A DNA stretch of 32,000 nt from Microcystis aeruginosa NIES-2549. GTDB taxonomy: Bacteria; Cyanobacteriota; Cyanobacteriia; Cyanobacteriales; Microcystaceae. Below, piece by piece: positions 9,515-18,651 of this stretch. A program made the translations under genes and the position numbers. Position 1 is the first letter of the stretch; each line of letters starts with the position of its first letter. The stretch is taken from positions 2,850,001 through 2,882,000 of the forward strand of contig NZ_CP011304.1 of assembly GCF_000981785.2 (NCBI RefSeq), in the 5' to 3' direction. The notes beneath the pieces were generated by a model, which ran no database searches, had not been told where the DNA came from, and saw nothing but the letters and a program-made list of their open reading frames with translations.

Positions 9515-9677
9515 GAGAAGTTAACTAATGTTGGGGGTTGGGGACTTCAGTTATCAGTTTCTGAAGGCAAGGGGCAAAAGTAAAGAACCTGGCAATTATC
9601 CTACCTAAAAATAAGGTTAGAAACCAAGTACATCAAAGCTTTTAGCTTAACAAATTAGTTTTTAGATTCGGCCCTTG

Positions 9678-9766
9678 TTAGCAGTTAGCAGTTAGCATTT
9701 ATCAGTTTTTAGTGGACAGTCTTAAGTAGAAAATTGCCGTCTTTTCACTGTTTACTGATCACTGTT
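9678..9766. repeat. heptamer-repeat palindromic element (short family member)
   Basis: TTAGCAG TTAGCAG TTAGCAT TTATCAG (9678-9705), a 40-nt core, then the opposed array CACTGTT TACTGAT CACTGTT (9746-9766). The core ends GCCGTCTTTTCACTG, resembling GCTGTTTTTTCACTG at 25370-25385. Confidence 0.7.
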
Positions 9767-9814
9767 TGGTAGGTTTGGACTAGGTTAGGATAGCTAACCT
9801 AACCTAGAAAATTT

Positions 9815-10138
9815 TTAGGAAGCTAAGGCTACCTCGACTATTTGTTGTAGTTCCCCATTTTGATAGAGTTCGATCATAATGTCGGAACCACCAATAAACT
9901 CACCGTTGATATAGACTTGGGGAATAGTCGGCCAATTGGAATACTCCTTAACTCCTTGTCTTAACTCCTGATCTTGCAGAATATCGACAGTTTCGTAGGA
10001 AACCCCCAGAATATTGAGAATTTGTATGACGTTATTCGAGAAACCACACTGAGGCATTAATTTATTGCCCTTCATGAACACAAGAACTTTGTTATTCTGA
10101 ACTAATTGATCGATTCTTTCCTTAGTTTCGGGTGTCAT
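9815..10138 (-). CDS. grxD: Grx4-family monothiol glutaredoxin
   Basis: Has the CGFS active site ([14 protein letters not shown]) and [16 protein letters not shown]. The listed ORF starts at 10174. I prefer the internal ATG at 10138 ([12 protein letters not shown]..), which gives the usual length of about 107 aa. Confidence 0.88.
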   Translation of the reverse strand: MTPETKERIDQLVQNNKVLVFMKGNKLMPQCGFSNNVIQILNILGVSYETVDILQDQELRQGVKEYSNWPTIPQVYINGEFIGGSDIMIELYQNGELQQIVEVALAS

Positions 10139-10225
10139 AGGTCTAGTAGCTAGAATTTGAGCAAGAATAGCCAATCCTGAGACGTGGCATATCTTATCAG
10201 TTTAGCACAAGCCGTTGAGATAGCT

Positions 10226-12190
10226 TTAAAAAGGCAGGTCTTCGTCCTCCTCCAAACTGTCTAAAATTTCGTTAACATCAGGTCTCCCGCGCACGATAGT
10301 CATATTTTCCACAGACTTATTAACTTTAGTTTCTGCGGCCGAATTTTCCGGCAGTGAATAACCCATATTGACCACTTCACCATCAAAAGATTTCGCTAAC
10401 TTTTGAGCAGCCGCCAAAATTTCGCTAACATCTACATCTTGATCTAATGTCTCTAAAGATGAATCAAAATTTAAGATTTTTTGGGGCAGTTCTGTGCTAG
10501 GAGTTTTTGGGTTTCTGGCTGCGGTGATCTTTGCTTCTTTTTTCTCGATAATTGCTTCTTTGACCGGGGGAATATCCACCACAGTCATAACTTTATTTTC
10601 GGGAGTTATTGGTGGGGTTGGTGCGGTTTCCGGTGATGCTTGTATCCTGGCCGCCGGTGATGGGGAAACTTCCGCAGCCATGGCAGCAGTGGCGAAACCT
10701 ACCTGTAAATGAACTTTAATCCGGCGCCGAAAAACTGCCTCGAAAGCTGACTCAATATTAGTCAAGCGCAGCCGGGCCATTTTTAATAATTGTTCCGAAG
10801 ATATGCTTAAATAAGCACTCGATTCTTCCATATTAAAAAGACTGCCGTGCTGACGCAAGAGAGTGCGAGTAGTGGGGGGTTCCATTACTTCTAAAACCTG
10901 CTGCCAAATTTGTTCATGATTGTCATCACTGGCAACAGTTTTAACCTCAGTTTTCGGCACTGCGACGCTAGTTGTCGGGGTGATAACCGCCGGTTTGATC
11001 GGTTGATTCACCGGCGCCGGTGCTGTGATCACTTCAGGGGGCCTCTCGACGCTGGTTTGGGGACGGGAAGGCACTGTCGTGGTAACTAGAGGAATCACCT
11101 GTGCTTGCGGTAACAGTCCTAATAGAGTGACTTCTAACCAGAGACGGGGTTGAGTGGTGTTTTTTAGTTGCGTTTCGCTGTCTTTAAGCAGTTGTTGACC
11201 GCGGAGAATTTCCTCTAAAGACCAAGTACGCGCTTCCGTACACAGTTCCTGCCAAGTGGGAGCGGTGACAGCCACCATTTCTGGACGATTAGGGGCGGTT
11301 TTGGCTAAAAGTAGGTTTAAATAGAATCCCGCTAGATTTTGCAAGACGATTAAAGGTTCCTTCCCGCGATTCATCAGATGGCGACATTGTTCGATAACTT
11401 GATCGGGAATATTGCCATGAATGACTTTAAGTAGGGTTAAGAGGTCTCTTTCGGGGACTGCACCGACTAAATCCCAGACTCGCTCGGCCGTAATCGTTCC
11501 TGCGAGTAAACTTAATTGATCGAGGAGACTTTCGGCATCGCGTAAACCACCGTTAGCGATCTGAGCCACAAGGGTTAATGCTTCTAGGTTAATATCGATC
11601 GCTTCTATTTGGGCGATTTTTTGCAGGTGCGCCACCATCGCATCGAGAGCAATACGGCGATAATCAAAGCGTTGACAACGGGAGATGATGGTAGGCAAGA
11701 CACGCTGAGGATCCGTGGTAGCAAGCACAAAAATCACTCGATCCGGCGGTTCTTCCAGAGTTTTCAGCAAAGCATTAAAGGCCGCCGTACTGAGCATATG
11801 GCATTCATCGATGACATAGACTTTATAACGACATTGGACGGGGGCAAATTGCGATCGCTCGATAATTTCCCGAATGTTATCCACACCGGTATTACTAGCG
11901 GCATCAATTTCGATCACGTCTAGGGCCGAACCATTGGCGATCGCTTGACAGACGGAACACTTACCGCAGGGAATCGGTGTCGGATGGTCACTAGACAGAC
12001 AGTTGAGGGATTTGGCTAAAATTCGCGCCGAGGAGGTTTTCCCCGTGCCTCTGGGTCCAGTAAATAGGTATGCAGGAGCGATTCGCTCACTGATTAAGGC
12101 ATTACTCAGGGTCGTGGCGATCGCTGATTGTCCCACCAAATCGGCAAAGGTTTGGGGACGATACTTATGATGTAGAGGTTCGTAGGTCAT
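10226..12190 (-). CDS. dnaX: DNA polymerase III subunit gamma/tau
   Basis: 654 aa. Contains the N-terminal AAA+ clamp-loader module (HKYRPQTFADLVGQ, Walker A GPRGTGKTS, a Zn module CGKCSVCQ, SRC motif ISRCQRF) and a Pro/Thr-rich tau linker. Confidence 0.95.
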   Translation of the reverse strand: MTYEPLHHKYRPQTFADLVGQSAIATTLSNALISERIAPAYLFTGPRGTGKTSSARILAKSLNCLSSDHPTPIPCGKCSVCQAIANGSALDVIEIDAASNTGVDNIREIIERSQFAPVQCRYKVYVIDECHMLSTAAFNALLKTLEEPPDRVIFVLATTDPQRVLPTIISRCQRFDYRRIALDAMVAHLQKIAQIEAIDINLEALTLVAQIANGGLRDAESLLDQLSLLAGTITAERVWDLVGAVPERDLLTLLKVIHGNIPDQVIEQCRHLMNRGKEPLIVLQNLAGFYLNLLLAKTAPNRPEMVAVTAPTWQELCTEARTWSLEEILRGQQLLKDSETQLKNTTQPRLWLEVTLLGLLPQAQVIPLVTTTVPSRPQTSVERPPEVITAPAPVNQPIKPAVITPTTSVAVPKTEVKTVASDDNHEQIWQQVLEVMEPPTTRTLLRQHGSLFNMEESSAYLSISSEQLLKMARLRLTNIESAFEAVFRRRIKVHLQVGFATAAMAAEVSPSPAARIQASPETAPTPPITPENKVMTVVDIPPVKEAIIEKKEAKITAARNPKTPSTELPQKILNFDSSLETLDQDVDVSEILAAAQKLAKSFDGEVVNMGYSLPENSAAETKVNKSVENMTIVRGRPDVNEILDSLEEDEDLPF

Positions 12191-12345
12191 GACTGGCTGA
12201 AAACTTTTTCCGCACCCTAGAGACTACTATTATCCTATCCCGATTCTTTTTCAACACGAGAACAAGTGTATGCTTTTGATCTAGACAGGTTTAATGCGCG
12301 ATTTGCATCACGAAAATGGCAATTTGGCTAAGGCTTGTAATAAAT

Positions 12346-12361
12346 TGTATTAATAACTACA
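12346..12361 (+). promoter_or_regulatory. candidate NtcA-binding site upstream of narB
   Basis: TGTA-TTAATAAC-TACA is a perfect GTA-N8-TAC palindrome (GTA 12347-12349, TAC 12358-12360), 73 nt upstream of the narB ATG. TAN3T-type hexamers TATCTT (12386) and TAGTAT (12391) follow, but at 25-30 nt rather than the canonical ~22 nt. Confidence 0.5.
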
Positions 12362-12432
12362 ATTTGGCCGAGAAAATCTGCCGACTATCTTAGTATGCCC
12401 AAAGACAGCGCCACTAATCAGACCAACTGCTT

Positions 12433-14655
12433 ATGACTGAATCTACAAAAACCCAATGTCCTTACTGTGGAGTAGGTTGTGGTTTGACAGTCACCCCCCC
12501 CGCGTCGGCCGGACAAGCATGGAAAGTCTTCGGGGACAAGTCCCACCCCTCCAGTCAAGGTATGATCTGTGTTAAAGGGGCTACCGTAGCGGAATCAATC
12601 GATAAAAATCGCCTCAAAACCCCGATGATCCGCGATTCTCTCCAAGAGCAATTCCGTCCTTGTACCTGGGAAGAAGCCCTTGATCGCATCGTTAACCGCA
12701 TTCAAACTCTAATCGCTCAGGGGGAAAAGGAAAGTATCTGTCTATACGGTTCGGGACAATTTCACACCGAAGATTACTACATCGCCCAAAAACTGGTCAA
12801 AGGCTGTCTGGGAGTCAATAACTTTGATGCTAATTCCCGTCTCTGTATGTCTTCGGCCGTGGCCGCTTATCTGGACAGTTTCGGATCCGACGGTCCCCCC
12901 TGCTGTTACGATGACCTAGAATTAACCGATTGTGCCTTTTTGGTGGGGACAAATACGGCCGAATGTCACCCCATCATCTTTAACCGTCTGCACAAGTATC
13001 TCAAACGCAACCAACAAGCGAAATTAATCGTCGTTGATCCCCGCAGCACCAAAACCGCCGAGGCCGCTAATCTCCACCTAGCCATTAACCCCGGGACCGA
13101 TATTGACCTATTTAACGGGATTGCTCACCTGTTACTGAATTGGGGGGCGATCGATACCTATTTTATCGATAAATGTACCCGAGATTTCCACAAATACGCC
13201 GAAATTATCCGCCATTATCCCCCCGAAATAGTCGCCCCTAAATGCGGTATCCCCATTGAGGATTTAGAACAGGCTGCCCGCTACTGGGCCGAATCGAAAA
13301 GAGTCCTTTCCCTTTGGTCGATGGGTATCAATCAATCTAGGGAAGGCACGGCCAAAGCCCGCACTTTAATCAATTTACACCTAATGACGGCTAATATCGG
13401 TAAGCCCGGGGCCGGTCCTTTTTCCCTAACCGGACAACCTAACGCCATGGGGGGACGGGAAGCCGGCGGCCTCTGCCATCTTCTGCCCGGTTATCGTTCC
13501 GTCAAAAATCCCCAACACCGGGCCGAAGTGGAACAAGCTTGGGGTTTACCTGCTGGTCGGATTTCTCCGGTCCCCGGTCGCGATGCTTGGAGTATGATTA
13601 CCGGTTTGGAGACGGGAGATGTCAAACTTCTCTGGATTGCCGCCACTAATCCGGCTGTTAGTATGCCTGATCTAAAACGTACCCAGGCGGCCCTGTTAAA
13701 ATCACCTTTTACTGTCTATCAGGATGCCTACTATCCCACAGAAACCAGTGCCTACGCCCATTTATTACTGCCAGCAGCCCAATGGGGTGAAAAAACGGGA
13801 ACAATGACCAATTCTGAGCGCGTGGTGACTTTAAATAAGGCTTTTCGTCCTCCCGTCGGTCAAGCTCAGGCCGATTGGCAAATTTTTGCCGAAGTTGGTC
13901 GCCGTTTGGGGTTTCAGGCACAATTTAATTTTCAGGATTCGGCCGAGGTACATTCCGAGTTTGTCCGCTTGACATATAAACGTCCTTGTGATATGACGGC
14001 GATTAATTATGATCGCCTGGCCGAGACTCCCCGACCGTGGCCCGATTCCATCGATGAAATTTCCGCCCCTAAAACCGCTAATTCTGGGGAATTACTAGGT
14101 AATTTAGTTAAAAATGACCATAAAAGCCAAAAAACAGCCGCAAAACGCCTTTATACCGATGGTAAATTTAATACTGCCGATGGTCGTGCTGTTTTCGCCG
14201 CCTACCACAGTAAAGGTCTAGCGGAACCCCCCGACGAGGAATATCCCCTAGTGTTGACCGTGGGGCGTTTGTACGGTCACTGGCACACCCAAACCCGCAC
14301 CGGCCGCATCGAGAAAATTGTCAAAATGCACCCCGCACCTTTTCTGGAAATTCATCCCCAAGATGCGGCAAAATTGGGCATAGAAGCTGGGGAATGGGTG
14401 GAGGTGCGTTCTCGTCGCGGTTCTGCCCGTTTTCCCGCTTTAATTACCAAAGCAATTGCTCCTAATTGTGTCTTTGTGCCGATGCACTGGGGGGCTTTAT
14501 GGGCAGAAAATGCTGAGGCCAATAGTCTCACCCATCCGGCTGCTTGTCCGATTTCCCTGCAACCGGAATTAAAAGCTTGTGCCGTCAAATTAATCCCGAT
14601 CAAGTCTTTAGTTAATGCCGAATTATCTCCCGGTCAATTTCTGGCAACTCCCTAA
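12433..14655 (+). CDS. narB: assimilatory ferredoxin-nitrate reductase (molybdopterin oxidoreductase)
   Basis: 740 aa. Has the N-terminal 4Fe-4S motif CPYCGVGCG...C and MopB-family blocks throughout. The C-terminal molybdopterin-binding barrel includes [14 protein letters not shown] and VFVPMHWG. Confidence 0.92.
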   Translation: MTESTKTQCPYCGVGCGLTVTPPASAGQAWKVFGDKSHPSSQGMICVKGATVAESIDKNRLKTPMIRDSLQEQFRPCTWEEALDRIVNRIQTLIAQGEKESICLYGSGQFHTEDYYIAQKLVKGCLGVNNFDANSRLCMSSAVAAYLDSFGSDGPPCCYDDLELTDCAFLVGTNTAECHPIIFNRLHKYLKRNQQAKLIVVDPRSTKTAEAANLHLAINPGTDIDLFNGIAHLLLNWGAIDTYFIDKCTRDFHKYAEIIRHYPPEIVAPKCGIPIEDLEQAARYWAESKRVLSLWSMGINQSREGTAKARTLINLHLMTANIGKPGAGPFSLTGQPNAMGGREAGGLCHLLPGYRSVKNPQHRAEVEQAWGLPAGRISPVPGRDAWSMITGLETGDVKLLWIAATNPAVSMPDLKRTQAALLKSPFTVYQDAYYPTETSAYAHLLLPAAQWGEKTGTMTNSERVVTLNKAFRPPVGQAQADWQIFAEVGRRLGFQAQFNFQDSAEVHSEFVRLTYKRPCDMTAINYDRLAETPRPWPDSIDEISAPKTANSGELLGNLVKNDHKSQKTAAKRLYTDGKFNTADGRAVFAAYHSKGLAEPPDEEYPLVLTVGRLYGHWHTQTRTGRIEKIVKMHPAPFLEIHPQDAAKLGIEAGEWVEVRSRRGSARFPALITKAIAPNCVFVPMHWGALWAENAEANSLTHPAACPISLQPELKACAVKLIPIKSLVNAELSPGQFLATP

Positions 14656-14785
14656 TCAAATTTGGCTTTCCCTTTGGTTACTTTTGTTATACCAATTGGC
14701 TACAATCTCATAGGTAGTTTTTGTTGAGAAAATTGCTATTACAAGAACAAAATCCCCAATTATCAGGCATTTAACTAGACTATTC

Positions 14786-15682
14786 TCATTTCGAGATTTC
14801 GATCGAATTAAACGATCTTTGCCAACGTTTTTTCCAGTGGCTAGTCGGTTCTAAATCAGAGAGGGCCTGTTCGCTGCGACGACGTTGTATAATCACTTCG
14901 GCTGGGTCGCTTAAAGTCGCGTCTCGATAGGGAATAGCGGCTTTAGTTTGCAGATGTTCCCGTTCCTGTGCCGATAAAGATGGGGGTAAGGACAAAAAAC
15001 TGGCTATTGTCCCCGGCGATCGCCGACCGACGCTATCGGTGGCCCCAATCTGCAATCCCGCTAATTGTAACGCCCTTCGCACCGAGGCAGCACAGGAATA
15101 GGTGACTAAATAACCCGTCGGACTCAGGCATTTGGCCACTAAAGCTAAAAACTCCACCGTCCACAGTTGCGGACATTTACCCGGGGAAAAGGGATCGAGA
15201 AAAATTGCCTCTGCTTGAAAACCCGCCTCAATCACCTTGGTTATCGTCTGTCGCGCATCCCCGATTAACAGTTTAGCTGTGAGATTAGGCAGGTCTAGCC
15301 GGTGATTATGGGCAAAATCATTTAAATATTGGGGAATTGGTTGACTCCAACTATTTAAGAGATTTTCTCTAATAGCCGCGAGGGGAACCACTCGATCGCT
15401 TTCTAAAGCTAATAATTCTACCCGACAATCCCCCCTAACTTGCCAAATGGCCGCTAAGGCCGCGGCGGCATTATACCCTAAGCCGTAACAAATGTCAAGA
15501 ATTTTTAGATTATTGCTCTGGGTTGCTTTTGCTGCCAGACGACTGGAGAGGATAAATTTTTTCTCGGCTTCTTCCCTTGCCCCGGAGGTAGAATGATAAC
15601 ATTCTCCGAATTCGGTCGAAAAAAAGGTATAAGAACCATCCTCAGTGACTTTTTGCGGGTAAGCTTCGGGGGAGACAAGCAT
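14786..15682 (-). CDS. MnmC/MnmD-like SAM-dependent tRNA methyltransferase domain protein (DUF752-type)
   Basis: Contains TEDGSYTFFSTEFGECYHSTSGA, the SAM loop ILDICYGLGYN, and FLDPFSPGKCPQLWT. The listed ORF begins at 15739. The ATG at 15682 (MLVSPE..) shortens the overlap with the upstream gene to 41 nt. Confidence 0.75.
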   Translation of the reverse strand: MLVSPEAYPQKVTEDGSYTFFSTEFGECYHSTSGAREEAEKKFILSSRLAAKATQSNNLKILDICYGLGYNAAAALAAIWQVRGDCRVELLALESDRVVPLAAIRENLLNSWSQPIPQYLNDFAHNHRLDLPNLTAKLLIGDARQTITKVIEAGFQAEAIFLDPFSPGKCPQLWTVEFLALVAKCLSPTGYLVTYSCAASVRRALQLAGLQIGATDSVGRRSPGTIASFLSLPPSLSAQEREHLQTKAAIPYRDATLSDPAEVIIQRRRSEQALSDLEPTSHWKKRWQRSFNSIEISK

Positions 15683-16436
15683 GGTGATGGAGAATGTCTT
15701 TGAGGTGAATATCGGTTTCCAGCAGGCAAGCGTGACCACTATTGGGTAGAATCGTTAATTTTGCTGCGGGTAACTGCTGAATTAGGCGTTTAGCCTCCGC
15801 TACCGATGGTAACAGTCGGTCCCCTTGACTGGCTATCAATAACACCTCCAATTGCAGAGCTTTTAACTCGCTGGCACTAACCTGAAACCGTTGTAACTGG
15901 GATAAACGCCAGCTAATCGTCTTCGGTGGGACGTATTGCATGGCTTTGAGGAGAGAGCGGCGATCTTCCCTAGACATTCGACCCAGAGCGGCCAGAAAGG
16001 GTAAAATAGTTAGGGCCGAGCTGCTGTGGATGAAATCGGGCATCATCTGGGTGATACCGATTCCCAAGCTTAAAAGAGGTCTTTGATTAAAAGAAGAAGC
16101 GGGGTTAATTAAAATCAGTTTTTTAATTAATTTTGGTGATTTTGTCGCTATTTTCAAGGCTAAACAGCCACCAAAAGACTCTCCGCAAAGATAGACTTTT
16201 CTCGATTGTTGCTTTAATTCTTGGGCCAATAAAGCGATCACGCAGTCGCTTAATTCCTCCCAATCACCGAGATATTGCGGGGAAATCGCCAAACAACGCA
16301 GATCGAAGTAAGGGGCAAGGTTGTTAATCTGACGATGGTACAGTTGACCGCTGCCATCCATTCCGGGTAAAAATACAAACAGGGGATAATCGGGACGGGG
16401 ATGACGGGGAATAATCCAACTGACAGGTTGTTCCAT
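15642..16436 (-). CDS. alpha/beta-fold hydrolase
   Basis: 264 aa with the nucleophile elbow GESFGG, a C-terminal PNSGHACLLE (catalytic His context), and an LFVFLPGMDGSG oxyanion region. Confidence 0.8.
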   Translation of the reverse strand: MEQPVSWIIPRHPRPDYPLFVFLPGMDGSGQLYHRQINNLAPYFDLRCLAISPQYLGDWEELSDCVIALLAQELKQQSRKVYLCGESFGGCLALKIATKSPKLIKKLILINPASSFNQRPLLSLGIGITQMMPDFIHSSSALTILPFLAALGRMSREDRRSLLKAMQYVPPKTISWRLSQLQRFQVSASELKALQLEVLLIASQGDRLLPSVAEAKRLIQQLPAAKLTILPNSGHACLLETDIHLKDILHHHACLPRSLPAKSH

Positions 16437-16577
16437 TGTGCGAGAAGCGCGATCGATGTTAAAAAAGTTTTTTCTGGTTATCTATTTTTAAGGATAATTA
16501 ATATTAGAGAGATTTGCCAATTTTAAGAGTAGTATTAACCCCCAACCTATGGATGGTTTCTCCCTGCTCCCCAACCC

Positions 16578-16609
16578 CTGATAACTGATAGCTGATAACT
16601 GATAACTGA
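16578..16609. repeat. heptamer array CTGATAA x4.5
   Basis: CTGATAA CTGATAG CTGATAA CTGATAA CTGAT, running directly into the left TIR of the adjacent MITE-like element. Confidence 0.9.
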
Positions 16610-16733
16610 TTAAGTAGGTAGGCACAATTATTTGTAGGATGGGTTAGCGGTAGCGTAACCCATGCGGGAGTTGGGTTTCATGCTTCAGCCCAACCTACGT
16701 TCATTTTATATTTAATTCCACCCACCTACTTAA
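16610..16733. mobile_element. MITE-like 124-bp element with 13-bp terminal inverted repeats
   Basis: TTAAGTAGGTAGG (16610-16622) versus CCCACCTACTTAA (16721-16733) matches 12/13 as an inverted repeat. Internal hairpins are GGGTTA..TAACCC (16641-16661) and GTTGGG..CCCAAC (16670-16694). There is no ORF. Confidence 0.55.
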
Positions 16734-16746
16734 CTGAGCTAAATTT

Positions 16747-17346
16747 TTAGGCTGCGGCTAAATTAGCAGCCACGAAATCCCAATTAACTAACTTGGTTAA
16801 AAAGTCGCTGATGTAATCGGGACGACGATTTTGGTAGTCGAGATAATAAGCGTGTTCCCACACATCCATAGTTAGGAGGGGAACCTGTCCGGCGGTTAAA
16901 GGATTGTCAGCGTTGCCGGTTTTGGTAACTTTGAGAGTACCGTTATCGAGAACCAACCAAGCCCAGCCGCTACCGAATTGAGTAGCGCCCGCAGTTTTGA
17001 AAGCTTCGACAAATTTCTCGAAACTACCGAAATCTGCGTTAATTTTATCGGCTAAAGCACCGGTAGGCGCACCGCCACCACCCGGTTTCATGCAGTCCCA
17101 ATAAAAACTATGATTCCATGCTTGGGCGGCATTGTTGAAAACCCCAGCTTTAGAGGCATCACCGGCAACCTTAACGATAACTTCTTCTAAAGAGAGAGCA
17201 TCGAGTTCCGTATCTTTGACCAAACCGTTATAGTTATTGACATAAGCGGCGTGGTGCTTGTCGTGGTGGAATTCTAGGGTACTTTTGGTGATGCAAGGCT
17301 CTAAGGCAGTGTAATCGTAGGGTAAAGGGGGAAGTGTGTAAGCCAT
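16747..17346 (-). CDS. sodB: iron superoxide dismutase
   Basis: Contains MAYTLPPLPYDYTALEP, HHDKHH, the Fe-type block AAQAWNHSFYW, and DVWEHAYYLDYQNRR. The listed ORF starts at 17418. The ATG at 17346 gives the standard ~199-aa protein. Confidence 0.92.
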   Translation of the reverse strand: MAYTLPPLPYDYTALEPCITKSTLEFHHDKHHAAYVNNYNGLVKDTELDALSLEEVIVKVAGDASKAGVFNNAAQAWNHSFYWDCMKPGGGGAPTGALADKINADFGSFEKFVEAFKTAGATQFGSGWAWLVLDNGTLKVTKTGNADNPLTAGQVPLLTMDVWEHAYYLDYQNRRPDYISDFLTKLVNWDFVAANLAAA

Positions 17347-17448
17347 CTGTGGTTCTTTATATCCTCTCTTGAGAGCTTGTTTAAGGTAGTGTTGATAAAA
17401 CTTTACATCCTTGATCATAGCACCGAAGGAGACTTGATCGGTTATTAG

Positions 17449-17468
17449 TGATCAGTGATCACTGATCA
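17449..17468. repeat. perfect 20-nt palindrome TGATCAGTGATCACTGATCA
   Basis: The sequence is self-complementary and contains three GATC sites. GCTTTTTTCT follows it on the + strand. It lies in the sodB/psbH divergent intergenic region. Confidence 0.85.
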
Positions 17469-17787
17469 GCTTTTTTCTCCCTTCTCCCCCATCACCCCAA
17501 CCCCTGACTGATAACTGATTACTGAAAAATCACCCCAACCCCTATTGACCGTCTCCTAAATCCTGAGAAGATCACCAAACAATGTTAAAATAATTCCCAT
17601 ACTGTAGGCGCTTGCAGATTCTTGTGGGCGTGGCAGGGCAGGCGAAAAACGATTCCGTTAGGAATTAGACCAAAAAAGTTCCACTGGCAACAGCAGTAGA
17701 TTTTATCTCACTGGGTTGGCCGGTTGGCAGTTCGTCAAATTACGGATCAATACAAAATTATCATTTACAGATCTTTCTTGGTAACTT

Positions 17788-17982
17788 ATGGCACAGCGTA
17801 CACGCTTAGGTGAAATCCTTCGTCCCCTCAACTCGGAATATGGTAAAGTTTCCCCCGGTTGGGGAACTACCTTGCTGATGGGAGTGTTTATGGCTCTGTT
17901 TTTAGTCTTTTTGCTGATTATTTTACAGATCTACAACTCCTCCCTAATTTTAGAAGGATTTAATGTAGATTGGGGTCAGTAA
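17788..17982 (+). CDS. psbH: photosystem II reaction centre protein H
   Basis: 64 aa. [28 protein letters not shown] followed by a single transmembrane helix is the conserved PsbH sequence. Confidence 0.95.
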   Translation: MAQRTRLGEILRPLNSEYGKVSPGWGTTLLMGVFMALFLVFLLIILQIYNSSLILEGFNVDWGQ

Positions 17983-18086
17983 GCAGATTCCAACAATCTC
18001 GTCGGCATTTTTGGCCGCAGAATTGTCCCGCGGACTTTGGCAGGTGGGTTATTGCCCACCGCGATTTTTTTATTAGGAGCAAAAAC

Positions 18087-18335
18087 ATGAATATTTTTGG
18101 GATTGGATTGCCAGAAATGGGATTAATTCTCTTGATTGCCCTGCTAGTTTTCGGACCAAAAAAATTACCAGAAATCGGTCGCAGTTTAGGCAAAACGATT
18201 CGAGGATTTCAAGAAGCATCAAAGGAATTTGAAAGTGAATTTAAGCGAGAGGCCCAGCAGATTGAAGACTCGGTAAAAATCAAAGCTGAATTAGAAGAAA
18301 GTCAATCTCCTAGGGATCAAACTCGTTCCAGTTAA
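18087..18335 (+). CDS. tatA: twin-arginine translocase TatA/E family subunit
   Basis: MNIFGIGLPEMGLILLIALLVFGPKKLPEIGRSLGK plus an amphipathic helix. AGGAG lies 8 nt upstream of the ATG at 18087. The longer listed ORF (17970) overlaps psbH and is unlikely. Confidence 0.9.
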   Translation: MNIFGIGLPEMGLILLIALLVFGPKKLPEIGRSLGKTIRGFQEASKEFESEFKREAQQIEDSVKIKAELEESQSPRDQTRSS

Positions 18336-18651
18336 GAACCGTGTAGAGATGTAGTGTAGGTCAAATTCGAGGCTATCCGCTAGATTAACATCGAGAATGA
18401 CCAGAGCCGGATTAAATTGGCAGTTTTACCATCGGCCGCCACTTTTACTCGCTAGTTTTTTTGACCAAAAAAGCGGGAAATCAGGTTTCGGAGCGCAAAA
18501 TCGTCTTTAAAGACGACAATTTTGGCAGCAGTCAAGGCCATAGTTCGATGAGTAGGCAGAATATATCATTAGTTTGAGAATTCCCAGAAGACAAGGAAAA
18601 AATGACTATTTCCTTGCTATAAGTATTGTAGATGTCAAGAGTGGTAAATGA

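Noticed and set aside
9815-10174. Longer listed starts for grxD (10174), sodB (17418), tatA (17970), the MnmC-like gene (15739), the PD40 gene (26011) and the LuxR gene (26264)
   Set aside because: In each case an internal ATG gives the family-typical N-terminus, signal peptide or SD spacing, and removes implausible overlaps. The longer forms cannot be excluded without experimental start-site data.
10540-10560. A-run (GAG AAA AAA GAA) in dnaX as a programmed frameshift site producing gamma
   Set aside because: The phase does not fit the X XXY YYZ slippery pattern. The run also lies near residue ~545, far downstream of where gamma would need to end.
17419-17787. Expected psbN on the opposite strand next to psbH
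   Set aside because: Hand translation of the minus strand gives only a 14-codon ORF (MGIILTLFGDLLRI) with no PsbN-like sequence. psbN is apparently elsewhere in the genome.
18498-18520. Palindrome TCGTCTTTAAAGACGA as the tatA terminator
   Set aside because: It lies ~165 nt after the stop, the stem is short and AT-rich with almost no loop, and only a weak T-run follows. The support is not sufficient to annotate it.
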